Shown here in pieces: positions 37,054-48,569 of a stretch of 64,000 bases of DNA. Position numbers and translations under genes: made by a program. A model generated the notes under the pieces. That model searched no databases. It was not told where the DNA came from and saw nothing but the letters and a program-made list of their open reading frames with translations. Every line of letters starts with the position of its first letter. Positions within the stretch are counted from its first letter, which is position 1. Origin of the DNA: a virus (Duplodnaviria; Heunggongvirae; Uroviricota; Caudoviricetes); the IMG/VR virus record IMGVR_UViG_3300044623_001231; one strand, written 5' to 3'.

Positions 37054-37105
37054 GTTCTTGTTAGGTCCAGTCACTTTAAATTACGACAGGATTCCTATAT
37101 AAGTA

Positions 37106-38713
<1,608 letters not shown>

Positions 38714-39010
38714 TTATAATTTCATTAATAAATCCGAATCTCTAACAAGGTTATAACTAACCCCACCTAACTTAATTTTCTCACCAGGAGTTCCATTTGA
38801 TATTAATACTTTATCACCTTCATTTACTGATAATTTAATCCACTCACCACCTTGTGATGGGTATCCATCACTAACTGCAATTACAACTGCTTCCACAACT
38901 GTTTGAGTTGATTGATTTAAGATGATACCACCAGATGATTTTTTATCTGAAGTATCTTCTAATTTTAAGAGAACTCTATCTCCTAATGGTTTTCCTACAT
39001 TTTCTGCCAT
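38714..39010 (-). CDS. groS: co-chaperonin GroES (Cpn10)
   Basis: PLGDRVLLKLED...SGGIIL mobile-loop region; operonic with groEL. Confidence 0.85.
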   Translation of the reverse strand: MAENVGKPLGDRVLLKLEDTSDKKSSGGIILNQSTQTVVEAVVIAVSDGYPSQGGEWIKLSVNEGDKVLISNGTPGEKIKLGGVSYNLVRDSDLLMKL

Positions 39011-39015
39011 AATCT

Positions 39016-39276
39016 TTATTTGTTTTTATAATCATTTATTAAATCTCTGAAGATAGCACATAATTCGTACTCTTCAACTTGTTCATTATATTTCATAAGA
39101 AGTTCCACCCAATCAATACCAAACCCCTTAACCAATTCGAATGGGTCTGTACCATTCCTATGGTAAGCTTTGATGAATGTTTGAGTTATTCGATGTAAAT
39201 CATTATCTTTAGGCATATTTCCAAATGCTTCAAAAAATTCATTTACCGAAAATCTTCCTCCCTCCAATGCTCTCAT
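39016..39276 (-). CDS. hypothetical protein
   Basis: ORF track. Confidence 0.45.
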   Translation of the reverse strand: MRALEGGRFSVNEFFEAFGNMPKDNDLHRITQTFIKAYHRNGTDPFELVKGFGIDWVELLMKYNEQVEEYELCAIFRDLINDYKNK

Positions 39277-39317
39277 ATGCGTTAATTTTATATTTCTACA
39301 AATATACGAAAAATATT

Positions 39318-39632
39318 TTAATCTACCAAACTATTTTTAAGTTTTAGTAATTCTGCACATCTTTCGTAATATTCATCACCCTCATATGCCTTTAACAATT
39401 TTTCAACTGTATCATACAACTCTTCTTTTGTAATCAATAGATTAGTTACAATATCCATACCATTTGAATCTTTGTCATCAAATGAGTAGATTCGCATGAT
39501 TGAAAATGACATTTTGTCAGATTTTGCGAAATCAAATACATTCTCATACAATAATTGGTTGATTGTATCCCTATTTAATTCTACCCATTTTAATATGGAA
39601 TCGTTGTTAAGATATAGTTTTTTGGTTTTCAA
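39318..39632 (-). CDS. hypothetical protein
   Basis: ORF track. Confidence 0.5.
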   Translation of the reverse strand: MKTKKLYLNNDSILKWVELNRDTINQLLYENVFDFAKSDKMSFSIMRIYSFDDKDSNGMDIVTNLLITKEELYDTVEKLLKAYEGDEYYERCAELLKLKNSLVD

Positions 39633-39637
39633 TATTT

Positions 39638-40279
39638 TTATATTTCTGGAAATAGTACTTTTTGCATAAAGTAGGTAGCCCTCTCTTCTCCAATTTCCGT
39701 TTTCAATGCACCAAATGTACGAGGATTATCAGCTTGGTGTCTACAATATATGTTTTGGTTTTCTATAATAATTCTCAACTCATTTGAATCGGATGTAATA
39801 TCTACTTCACTTCTTAATTGTTCAATATATCGTTGAAATACCCCCCAAGCAGTTTCAAATATTTTCTCATATTCATCTTCAGTAGGTCTTACTGCTATGA
39901 ATTGTTCCGAAAATACCGATGCCCAATAAGGTAACTTTCTATCGGTGTTCCATTCAGTATTATGCCAATCTTCATCATAAAGGACTGGGGAACAATCTAT
40001 AAATGCTCCACTTATCTTTCCACTATTAGTACCACCAACTACATCAAATCCAAAGATTGGTGCTTTTGAGTTCTTATGTGGGAAACAAGTGATGTGACAA
40101 ACTGCAAGTGAACCTACAAAGTATCTCTCTACGTGAGCTAATCTGAAAATTGGTGATTCGTATCGGTAGTTCTCCCAACCATAATCATCAGTATGGAGTT
40201 CTTTAACCCCATCGATTGATTCGATGAGGTTTTTAAACTTCTCACTATGATATGTTATACGTTCTACTAAATCGTACAT
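39638..40279 (-). CDS. ferredoxin-dependent bilin reductase (FDBR/HY2 family)-like protein
   Basis: 13-nt overlap with the heme oxygenase gene; CHITCFPHK ... IFGFDVVGG ... IDCSP resembles the FDBR His / DxSP motifs. Confidence 0.45.
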   Translation of the reverse strand: MYDLVERITYHSEKFKNLIESIDGVKELHTDDYGWENYRYESPIFRLAHVERYFVGSLAVCHITCFPHKNSKAPIFGFDVVGGTNSGKISGAFIDCSPVLYDEDWHNTEWNTDRKLPYWASVFSEQFIAVRPTEDEYEKIFETAWGVFQRYIEQLRSEVDITSDSNELRIIIENQNIYCRHQADNPRTFGALKTEIGEERATYFMQKVLFPEI

Positions 40280-40779
40280 TTTTCTAATTCTTTAAAGATT
40301 TCAATCATAAAATCAAATCCTGCATTTACCTCATCTGCCCATTCATCTTTTTGAATAGCTCTGATTGAACCAGCACATTCCATCATATTTTCAAAATCAT
40401 ACATTTTACCTTGACCGGGTGTTTTCTCTTTCATCATCTGTCCACCAAACATAATTGCTAAGTAGTTAAGATAGATATGAGCATTTGCCTCATCTTGTGT
40501 TAATCCTTTTAGATATTGAATATATGATTCGGTTGCTGAATCAGGTGAAACATCTGATACACCTAAGTATCCCAAATCCTCACTTACAGCTGATACTCTC
40601 TTTAATCCCTCATTTGGAAATTCAAAGTTGTTTTCCAATGTTGAAAAGATTGCTAATTGTGATTTAAGATACTCACCATATTGAGATGCGGTTAATCTAC
40701 CACTAAACATCAATCCGTTGAATGGCATTCTTTCAGCCAATTTGTGCTTTTCAGCAGTTGCTTCTTTTAAAGGTAACAT
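40267..40779 (-). CDS. heme oxygenase (HO-1 family, short)
   Basis: LKEATAEKHKLAE and AHIYLNYLAIMFGGQMMKEK align with HO-1 LKEATKEVHTQAE / [20 protein letters not shown]. Confidence 0.6.
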   Translation of the reverse strand: MLPLKEATAEKHKLAERMPFNGLMFSGRLTASQYGEYLKSQLAIFSTLENNFEFPNEGLKRVSAVSEDLGYLGVSDVSPDSATESYIQYLKGLTQDEANAHIYLNYLAIMFGGQMMKEKTPGQGKMYDFENMMECAGSIRAIQKDEWADEVNAGFDFMIEIFKELEKCTI

Positions 40780-40780
40780 A

Positions 40781-40951
40781 TTATTTATCTTCAGTTAAAA
40801 ATGTTAAAACTATATATGGTATTACTGCTGCCGGTCCTAAGACAACTAATAACGCTCTCCATAAAATTGGGTCTACTTTAGTGTGGTAACCCAAACCACC
40901 ACAAATACCACTTAGGAATTTGTTCTTACTACTTCTATAAAATTTTCTCAT
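40781..40951 (-). CDS. PspC-domain mini-protein (56 aa)
   Basis: read from the DNA: MRKFYRSSKNKFLSGICGGLGYHTKVDPILWRALLVVLG...; LSGVCGG PspC signature. Confidence 0.5.
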   Translation of the reverse strand: MRKFYRSSKNKFLSGICGGLGYHTKVDPILWRALLVVLGPAAVIPYIVLTFLTEDK

Positions 40952-40961
40952 AATTTTGTTT

Positions 40962-41177
40962 TTATTTGTTATTTAATTTACCATCATCAAGTTGGGAATC
41001 TAAATTCCCAGCGTCTTGGTATGCATCGTATAATAATTCCAATGCTTTTTCAATTTTTGTTTGTATATCCGGATTAACTTCCGTAAGTGGATGATTTAAT
41101 ATATGTTCATCAATTGTACAACATACTACATGAAGTCTATCCATTAATTCCAAATAGTGTCCATCGTTTATTTCCAT
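40962..41177 (-). CDS. hypothetical protein
   Basis: ORF track. Confidence 0.45.
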   Translation of the reverse strand: MEINDGHYLELMDRLHVVCCTIDEHILNHPLTEVNPDIQTKIEKALELLYDAYQDAGNLDSQLDDGKLNNK

Positions 41178-41410
41178 AAGTTTGTAATTTCAATTATTAT
41201 TTCTGTTTTGTTTTTATGTAATACATAACCACTCCATCTGTTATCCATTCTACATACCCTATTAAAGTTAAATACTTCAATTTCGTTACCATCATACCAA
41301 CCAGTAATTGAGTTTGGCTGATAATCTATTCCTAAGCTTTGTATTTTATCTTCTAAATATAATTTACGAACTTTGGATTCTAAATCATATACCGATATAT
41401 GAATTGTCAT
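41168..41410 (-). CDS. hypothetical protein
   Basis: ORF track. Confidence 0.45.
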   Translation of the reverse strand: MTIHISVYDLESKVRKLYLEDKIQSLGIDYQPNSITGWYDGNEIEVFNFNRVCRMDNRWSGYVLHKNKTEIIIEITNLWK

Positions 41411-41416
41411 TTTAAT

Positions 41417-41563
41417 TTATTTTTTAAAAATATCGGATAGTTTTTTACCTTCTTTTATAATTCTACCCGTTTGTTCATCCATCTCAGGTGCTTTCCACAT
41501 ATGGTAAGCGATAAATAAAAAATTAACTATCGTACAAATTCCAATAATTTTAAATATAATCAT
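41417..41563 (-). CDS. small membrane protein (48 aa)
   Basis: read from the DNA: MIIFKIIGICTIVNFLFIAYHMWKAPEMDEQTGR... Confidence 0.35.
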   Translation of the reverse strand: MIIFKIIGICTIVNFLFIAYHMWKAPEMDEQTGRIIKEGKKLSDIFKK

Positions 41564-41590
41564 TATTTATGCTTTAATTGTTGGTTTTAA

Positions 41591-42151
41591 TTATACTGCA
41601 GCGTATCTTAGTAAACATCCTATAAATCCATTTGGTCTATATTCTTCAGGATTATCTAATACTTTTTCTAAACGCTCTATTAAACTTTGTTTCAGCATCT
41701 CCTCATTGTTGTTAGTTGGAAAATCTTGTGCAAATTCAGGTGACCAAGTTAACGTGATACTTTGTGTAGGTTCGAATGTTTCTGGATTATATACAATAGG
41801 ACCAAAAACACAACCATCTTTTACTGGTTTATATATTTCCATCGGGTCATACATTTTTGGAGTAAACATTATAGTGTAAACATACCCTACTTTACCCATA
41901 TAAGGTGGTTCTTCAACATCTGACATTTTGTGAGTTTTCATAACAACTGCCTTTTCTCCATCTTCAGTCAAACCAGCTGGTAGGTCCATCCATACTATCT
42001 TATCAAATCCTAAAGACTTGATTAATTCTGATTCTACTTGAATACGTTGTTCTTCAGTTAATTTAATAATAAATTCACTATCGAAGTATCCATAAGTTTT
42101 ATCTGCATCTCCGCAGATTGATAATAATTTTTCTGTTAAATTTGATTTCAT
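41591..42151 (-). CDS. hypothetical protein
   Basis: ORF track. Confidence 0.5.
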   Translation of the reverse strand: MKSNLTEKLLSICGDADKTYGYFDSEFIIKLTEEQRIQVESELIKSLGFDKIVWMDLPAGLTEDGEKAVVMKTHKMSDVEEPPYMGKVGYVYTIMFTPKMYDPMEIYKPVKDGCVFGPIVYNPETFEPTQSITLTWSPEFAQDFPTNNNEEMLKQSLIERLEKVLDNPEEYRPNGFIGCLLRYAAV

Positions 42152-42156
42152 AATTT

Positions 42157-43260
42157 TTAATTTGATAATGGTGCTTTGATTGCTGGATGTGATTGATAAT
42201 TTTCAATTTCAAATTGCGCAATACTTTGGTATTCTATATCTATTCCTGTTATAGGACAAGGATTGAATTTTAGCGTAGGTAACTCAAATGGTTTTCTACT
42301 AATTTGTTCTTTTGCTTGTTCAATGTGATTTAAATACAAATGTGTATCACCTAAATTTCCAATCAATTCATCAGGTATCATATTTACTTCTTTAGCAATG
42401 ATTTCTAATAACAATCCATAAGATGCTATGTTGAATGGTAAACCTAAGAATGTATCTACTGAGCGTTGATTCCACATTAATGAGATTGCTCGAGTTGGAA
42501 TACCCCAATCGTTCATTAATATCTCATTTGTATCAACATGAGCTGCAAACTTAGATTCTGGTCTTTGACCTAAACATACACCTATTCTCTCTTCATGGCT
42601 CAACTCTCTCGTATAAACTTGAAATCCATAATGACAAGGTGGAAGAACCATTTGGTCTAATTCACCTACATTCCAAGCATTAACCATTAATCGTCTTGAG
42701 TCTGGATTTGTTTTAAGGTCATTGATTAGGTTTTGTATTTGGTCTACACCACCTTTGTTAATCTCACCCGCTTCATGTGCCCACTTCCTCCATTGCTTAC
42801 CATAAATTGGTCCTAATTCACCGTATCTACTAGCAAACTCATCATCTAATTTAATTGTATATATAAATTCTTCTTGAGTCAAAAGTCTTATTTCATCCCC
42901 TACAACAAGTAGTAGTCTGTCATAAATCATATCATCTAAATCCCCAATGTCAGATTTTAACCACATCTTATCAACAGTATCAACGTAGTTTTTATAGGCA
43001 TCACCATTCCAAATGTTACAACCATTATCAACCAAATACTTAATATTAGTATCACCCTTCAAAAACCATAGTAATTCAGTTACAATAGTTTTAAATGGCA
43101 TCTTCTTAGTTGTTAGAAGTGGAAATCCATCTTTCATATTGTGTCTGATAGTATAACCAAATATTGACTTTGTGCCAGTACCAGTTCTATCTTTCTTATC
43201 AATACCATAATCTAAAATGGTTTGAAGTAAATCCTGATATTGTTTATCTATTTTATTCAT
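42157..43260 (-). CDS. thymidylate-synthase-family enzyme with an insertion of about 60 aa (ThyA or dNMP hydroxymethylase)
   Basis: DRTGTGT ... FPLLTTKK, catalytic LPPCH, PFNIASY; 367 aa is longer than typical ThyA. Confidence 0.7.
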   Translation of the reverse strand: MNKIDKQYQDLLQTILDYGIDKKDRTGTGTKSIFGYTIRHNMKDGFPLLTTKKMPFKTIVTELLWFLKGDTNIKYLVDNGCNIWNGDAYKNYVDTVDKMWLKSDIGDLDDMIYDRLLLVVGDEIRLLTQEEFIYTIKLDDEFASRYGELGPIYGKQWRKWAHEAGEINKGGVDQIQNLINDLKTNPDSRRLMVNAWNVGELDQMVLPPCHYGFQVYTRELSHEERIGVCLGQRPESKFAAHVDTNEILMNDWGIPTRAISLMWNQRSVDTFLGLPFNIASYGLLLEIIAKEVNMIPDELIGNLGDTHLYLNHIEQAKEQISRKPFELPTLKFNPCPITGIDIEYQSIAQFEIENYQSHPAIKAPLSN

Positions 43261-43266
43261 ATCTTT

Positions 43267-43527
43267 CTATTCTTTTGTTGGTATTGTCCAAATATGAATT
43301 GGAGTAAAATCACCTAAGTATGCTGATAGTACGTTAAACTCAACCCACTCAACAGCTTCCTCAAATGTCATATTTTCTTTATTCTCATCATAAACTAAGC
43401 ATTCCATTTTATAGATATCATATATAACTCTACCACTATCGGAAATTCCAACAATAGCTTCATCCATATCATCCCATATATATGCGTCTGGGTTTACCTC
43501 ATTAATTTTTTCTCTATTATAACTCAT
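43267..43527 (-). CDS. hypothetical protein
   Basis: ORF track. Confidence 0.45.
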   Translation of the reverse strand: MSYNREKINEVNPDAYIWDDMDEAIVGISDSGRVIYDIYKMECLVYDENKENMTFEEAVEWVEFNVLSAYLGDFTPIHIWTIPTKE

Positions 43528-43530
43528 AGT

Positions 43531-43812
43531 TTATTTTTTATTTGGTGTTTGTTTAGCTTTTTCTCTTTTACGTTTTTCATCCAACTTAGCGAACGCATCA
43601 TGTAACTCACCCAACTTACCTTTTTTCTCTAATGCTGCCTGCTTTTGTGCATCTTTATATGCTTTATCCCAACCAGCTGGATATTTAATCTCAACAGAAA
43701 CAGGTCCATTTGTAGTTCTATCTAAATCATACTTCCAAATAGATATACAACCATCATCATCTTTATAGATACGTTCAAATTTACGAGGTTGGTTTGTTGC
43801 ACTTATTGCCAT
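43531..43812 (-). CDS. hypothetical protein
   Basis: ORF track. Confidence 0.45.
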   Translation of the reverse strand: MAISATNQPRKFERIYKDDDGCISIWKYDLDRTTNGPVSVEIKYPAGWDKAYKDAQKQAALEKKGKLGELHDAFAKLDEKRKREKAKQTPNKK

Positions 43813-43822
43813 ATTCTAATTT

Positions 43823-44482
43823 TTAATCCCACCAGCCCCTCATATCCGAACCATCAAACCATTCGTTCCATGTATCAGTTTTTAACATTTCTTCAGCTGA
43901 TTTTGTAGTTTTGAATTTTTTATATCCATTTATATCCTGTCCTTCGAAGATTTTCCAAAGTTCTTTCCACTCTTGCGCTTCTAACTTTCTAGCTCTATCA
44001 AAAACTTTACGATTGTGTTTCTTTTCTGATGGAGTTTCATTATCTACTAATACATAAAGTTTTTCATTATTTTCTCCAAATGGATTATCAGTAGTTTCAC
44101 CAGTTTCTTCAAATTGCCAATCTCTCATATAAAGAACCCCCAATTCCCCTTCAGCCATATCGATGTATTTATCATCGTTAATGTTTTTAAGAATTTGGAT
44201 TGCTCTTTGCATTTTGGCAATCTTCTTATCACGTGATTCTCTAACCTCTATACCATCATGCATCTTTGCTTCCATTATTTCTAATGAAGTTTGTAATGCC
44301 TCTAATGTGAATCGGTAATCATACCATCTATGGTTCCATAACATTTTACGGAATCTATAAATGTTTTTAAAAAATACCGGTATCTTATAACGAACTACTT
44401 CGTAAGTTTTATACCACCAACTTTCATGTCTAATCAGAGTTTTTAAGCTATCTCCAAAACTATCTGCAAATCCTACTTTCAT
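43823..44482 (-). CDS. hypothetical protein
   Basis: ORF track. Confidence 0.5.
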   Translation of the reverse strand: MKVGFADSFGDSLKTLIRHESWWYKTYEVVRYKIPVFFKNIYRFRKMLWNHRWYDYRFTLEALQTSLEIMEAKMHDGIEVRESRDKKIAKMQRAIQILKNINDDKYIDMAEGELGVLYMRDWQFEETGETTDNPFGENNEKLYVLVDNETPSEKKHNRKVFDRARKLEAQEWKELWKIFEGQDINGYKKFKTTKSAEEMLKTDTWNEWFDGSDMRGWWD

Positions 44483-44485
44483 AAT

Positions 44486-44740
44486 TTATTTTATTAATTC
44501 AAATACGTGCCATACAAAGTATCCATCAATGTATGTTTCAATATATTTCATACCTTCATCAATATCCCAACCAGTACCCACAATGCAAATGTGTCTTTCT
44601 TCTACTTTCTCTTTAGGATTTACTACGGCCCAAAGACATGGAAATTCACCATGCAATTTAACTGTTAGGATTTCAGCACCTTTAGGTAATTTTAAAGTGC
44701 AGTCTTGTGAAGTTACCGGATATTTATAAATTGTTTTCAT
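44486..44740 (-). CDS. hypothetical protein
   Basis: ORF track. Confidence 0.45.
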   Translation of the reverse strand: MKTIYKYPVTSQDCTLKLPKGAEILTVKLHGEFPCLWAVVNPKEKVEERHICIVGTGWDIDEGMKYIETYIDGYFVWHVFELIK

Positions 44741-44743
44741 ATT

Positions 44744-45154
44744 TTATACTGTATGTTCTATTTGTACTCTTACACAATTTTGTGGTAATCTACTAACGTG
44801 TCTATAATTGTTAATGTATCCCATCATATTTGCTGAACCAATTGCGTTTGCTGAATGTATTACAACATCAACAACAGCATGTCCGTCCAACCATTGATTA
44901 ACCAACCATTTAGTGCAATCCATTCCAGTCTTTTCCTTAATATTATCATAGTTTAATTCATAATTGTGATATACATTCTTATGCCACTCTGCCATTGCAG
45001 TATCTCCTAAATCGTGGTCCAATGAAATCAAGTCAATATTTTCCAATCCAATGTAAGTAACTGTATCAATAAATTGTTCATAGTTTCTAACAACTACCCA
45101 AGATTCTTTATCTACTGGAGTTCTTACATCATCTAAGTAAATTCTTTTTTTCAT
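44744..45154 (-). CDS. hypothetical protein (LDDVR ... SLDHDLGD motif, receiver-like?)
   Basis: ORF track; motif seen but family not recognised. Confidence 0.45.
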   Translation of the reverse strand: MKKRIYLDDVRTPVDKESWVVVRNYEQFIDTVTYIGLENIDLISLDHDLGDTAMAEWHKNVYHNYELNYDNIKEKTGMDCTKWLVNQWLDGHAVVDVVIHSANAIGSANMMGYINNYRHVSRLPQNCVRVQIEHTV

Positions 45155-45165
45155 AATTTAATTTT

Positions 45166-45372
45166 TTATCTTACGATATTAAATGAGTTAATCTTATTAC
45201 AATTTGTACATACGATGGTATCAATTCTACCCCTTACACAACTATCATGCTCCCAAAGTTCAACTAATGTGGGTGTAGAACATCCACATTTATCATCTTG
45301 AACTGAACTTTTACCATTCCAATGTTTAAGTTGTGGGTCAACAGACCACTCTTCTTTTAATTTACTTACCAT
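45166..45372 (-). CDS. Cys-rich zinc-ribbon-like protein (internal-Met start)
   Basis: CGC ... CxxC ... CTNC; coupled to the upstream stop. Confidence 0.4.
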   Translation of the reverse strand: MVSKLKEEWSVDPQLKHWNGKSSVQDDKCGCSTPTLVELWEHDSCVRGRIDTIVCTNCNKINSFNIVR

Positions 45373-45373
45373 A

Positions 45374-45718
45374 TTAATAACCAATAAAAAATACATCCAA
45401 CTTAGGTGCAAATCCATCTGAAACAATATCATCATAGATATCATTCAACCAATAGTTTTGAGCCATATCCAAATCATTCATAGTTTCATTATAGATATCC
45501 TCAAATGAATACCCATCACCGAATCCATGTGCACATACCGATTTTGATATTTCACGAAGTGATTTTTCATCACCATCTTTAAAGATTTCAAATAGTGCTT
45601 TTTCAATGTTTTGTTTAACAATTTCAGCTACCTTATCATTATGGTCATACATTTCTTTTGACCAAGGTTTGGTGATTTCGATACCATACTTAAACTGATT
45701 TTGTTTCCTTGCTGCCAT
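45374..45718 (-). CDS. hypothetical protein
   Basis: ORF track. Confidence 0.5.
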   Translation of the reverse strand: MAARKQNQFKYGIEITKPWSKEMYDHNDKVAEIVKQNIEKALFEIFKDGDEKSLREISKSVCAHGFGDGYSFEDIYNETMNDLDMAQNYWLNDIYDDIVSDGFAPKLDVFFIGY

Positions 45719-45760
45719 ATATTTTAGAGTTTTAAGTTATTAATAATCAAATATACGAAA

Positions 45761-46309
45761 TTAATTTGGAATATCCAAATATTTTAGTATGTTTTTTAAA
45801 GTATCATCGTTAACATCTACATAAATAAATGGAATATGGTGTTTAATTAGGGTATTTTCTATCTCCAAATCCAGCATTTTGGATTCATTCAATGATTGGT
45901 ACCTTTCCTTTTCATTATACCCACCCTCAGAACGTTTTAGAACGATATTAAGCGTATCATATTGATTATGAATGTCTAACACCATTTTATCAAATGAATC
46001 ACCATACAGCGTTGCTGGGTACTCAGTACCTTTATATACTGATTTATATACCAATGATAATACAATTGGTGAATCCAATATAATATAGTCAACCTTCCCA
46101 TAACTCTTAACAATTCCCCTATGTTGGTTTGCAAGTACATACAATTGGTCTTTGATAGCAGAATGATTCTCATCCCATGCCAATACTTTTGGAAACTCAT
46201 ATGGATTATCACAACTTATGTGTTTCTTTTTTAACTTATATGTAAGACCATTGGCAATGGATGATTTCCCAATACCAGGTCCTCCAAATAGATTTACTAT
46301 TTTACTCAT
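45761..46309 (-). CDS. P-loop (d)NMP-kinase-like protein
   Basis: Walker A FGGPGIGKSS. Confidence 0.55.
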   Translation of the reverse strand: MSKIVNLFGGPGIGKSSIANGLTYKLKKKHISCDNPYEFPKVLAWDENHSAIKDQLYVLANQHRGIVKSYGKVDYIILDSPIVLSLVYKSVYKGTEYPATLYGDSFDKMVLDIHNQYDTLNIVLKRSEGGYNEKERYQSLNESKMLDLEIENTLIKHHIPFIYVDVNDDTLKNILKYLDIPN

Positions 46310-47157
46310 AGGGATTGTATGTATGAATGTAATTTATCAGATGGACTCCAACCTAATCGATTTAAAGTATCATAGTTTTCTCTTAAAGTTGAACGATAAT
46401 TTCCAGCTTGGTCTGGGATATGTACTTTTTGGATTTCACCAAATCTTTCTACCATCATATCATAAATTTCATTTATAGAATAGTTAACACCAGTTCCCAA
46501 TTCCCAAGCATCATCATGCTTTTCTGAACCCATACCAACTCTATACAATCCATCAACAATATCTTCAACGTGAGTGAAATCTCTGCGTTGGTCACCATCA
46601 CCAACTATTGTAAATGGTAATCCATTTTGAAGTTGATATCTCCAAATTCCAATTACAGCTGCCCATTTACCATCTACTAATTCATTTGGACCATAGACAT
46701 TATAGAATCTACAAATTTCAAAATCACAACCATAAGCAGTTTTGTACATCTTTAAGATATCCTCACCAATCTTCTTATCAGTTGCGTATGGTGAAGTTTG
46801 AGGGTTACACCAACGAGATGATGAACCTGCGTAAACTACCTTTACATTATTTTCTTTAGCCCATTCAGCTACCATTTGTGTACCACCCGCATTTACCCTA
46901 AATGTTTCCATTGGGTCATCAAATGATGGTTGGATTCTACTTAGTGCAGCAAGATGGTAACATAAATCAAAGTTATCACCTTTCCAATACATCAAATGTT
47001 CTATATCACCATACACATAATTACATCCTTCAATTTCATACTCCTTCAATCCAGTTGAAAGGTCATCCAATGAAACTACATGATGTCCTTCGGATAGTAA
47101 TCGTTTAATTAAGTTTGAACCGATGAAGCCGTTCCCGCCTGTTACTAATACTTTCAT
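46306..47157 (-). CDS. NAD-dependent epimerase/dehydratase (extended SDR)
   Basis: MKVLVTGGNGFIGSNL Rossmann; YxxxK region. Confidence 0.7.
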   Translation of the reverse strand: MKVLVTGGNGFIGSNLIKRLLSEGHHVVSLDDLSTGLKEYEIEGCNYVYGDIEHLMYWKGDNFDLCYHLAALSRIQPSFDDPMETFRVNAGGTQMVAEWAKENNVKVVYAGSSSRWCNPQTSPYATDKKIGEDILKMYKTAYGCDFEICRFYNVYGPNELVDGKWAAVIGIWRYQLQNGLPFTIVGDGDQRRDFTHVEDIVDGLYRVGMGSEKHDDAWELGTGVNYSINEIYDMMVERFGEIQKVHIPDQAGNYRSTLRENYDTLNRLGWSPSDKLHSYIQSL

Positions 47158-47161
47158 AATT

Positions 47162-48517
47162 TTAATTGTCTAAATAAATCCAATCGGAATGTTTATCCGA
47201 TTTTAGTTTCTGTCTTACTCTTTCAGATGAGATACCAAAATGGTTACCAGCATCTTCCATTGAATAGAATTCAATTCCATCACAACTTATAACTGGTATT
47301 TCTAATCTAATATTATTATCCCACATATCCATCATTTCACCATAGGTAATATCATTACTATCCACCCGTTTCCAATGTCTATATTTGGGATTGTTTGATT
47401 CAATATAATTTCTAGCAATTTGTTCGGTGAAATCTCCACCAATTAAATCTGCTATTTGTTTTGGGTTCTCAAACGGAACTCCATCTACTTCGTATTTTAT
47501 ATGTGGGTTGGTTTCTTCACCAATGATTTGCCACTCTTTGTAAGATGATTTAGTACTTCTACATCTTCTCTCTACTTCAGATGCAACTAACTTATCTGCA
47601 TCCACATCAATTGCCGCATGTCTAAATGATAGGTATTCCTTCCCATCTACTTTACACATAGGTTCACCACCTTCAATCTCAATAGTTGCGATATCAGGGT
47701 TTCCTTTTACAAAAATTAGAATGTTTTGATGAACTGATGGTATTTTACGATTTCTATCAAAGTAAGTTTTACCAACTCGTGAAGCTTGGTGTTGAGAATT
47801 GAATAGAATCATATCATTATAGAATTCCATTCCAGCTGATTCCAACATATCTATGGTTTTACGAACCAAACCTCTATATCTACCTTTAGAATACTTACCA
47901 GTTACGGATGGTTCTCTAACTTCAGATACTACAATCCCAAAGAATCGGTTATCTTTTAGTTTTTGAACTGATTTTAGGAGTATTGATTCATATACTTTAT
48001 CAAATGAATCCACATCCATATTGGAAATATCATTCACATCATCAGTATAAATCTCCAAATCGTAGTAAGGTGGGCATGTAAATACAAAATCAAATGATTC
48101 ATCGGCTACCTTGTCCAATTCCTCATTCGAATCACCATTAATCCATAAGGGTTTTTTTGATTGCTCTTTGTTGGCTTTTACTTGTGATTTGGATAAATCA
48201 ATTCCAACGTATCTTCGGTTCATCTCTTCACATACGATACCTCTCACACTACCACCAGCGAATGGGTCTAATACCATTCCACCTTTGGGTGAGAACCAAT
48301 CGTACATCAATTCACAAAGTACTGGGTCAAATACGGAAACTGAATTGGGTGTATCCCAAAAGATAGTTTTGGATTGAGTATCCTCTCTACCTAATTCAGA
48401 TTGGATACCATAATTAGTAATCCAATATTCCTTTCTTTGCTTCCATTCCTTTGTTCTAGTATCTAATACTGAAAAGGGTGTAAACATATAACATATTTTA
48501 TAAACACAAAGATACAA
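47162..48517 (-). CDS. DNA methyltransferase (N6_N4_Mtase family) with a C-terminal extension
   Basis: DPFAGGSVRG (motif I) and FTCPPYYD (motif IV, (D/N/S)PPY-like). Confidence 0.65.
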   Translation of the reverse strand: MYLCVYKICYMFTPFSVLDTRTKEWKQRKEYWITNYGIQSELGREDTQSKTIFWDTPNSVSVFDPVLCELMYDWFSPKGGMVLDPFAGGSVRGIVCEEMNRRYVGIDLSKSQVKANKEQSKKPLWINGDSNEELDKVADESFDFVFTCPPYYDLEIYTDDVNDISNMDVDSFDKVYESILLKSVQKLKDNRFFGIVVSEVREPSVTGKYSKGRYRGLVRKTIDMLESAGMEFYNDMILFNSQHQASRVGKTYFDRNRKIPSVHQNILIFVKGNPDIATIEIEGGEPMCKVDGKEYLSFRHAAIDVDADKLVASEVERRCRSTKSSYKEWQIIGEETNPHIKYEVDGVPFENPKQIADLIGGDFTEQIARNYIESNNPKYRHWKRVDSNDITYGEMMDMWDNNIRLEIPVISCDGIEFYSMEDAGNHFGISSERVRQKLKSDKHSDWIYLDN

Positions 48518-48569
48518 AAAAAGCTTGGTATATCCAAGCTTTTCTTTAATTATTTTTTATTAGGTGATA

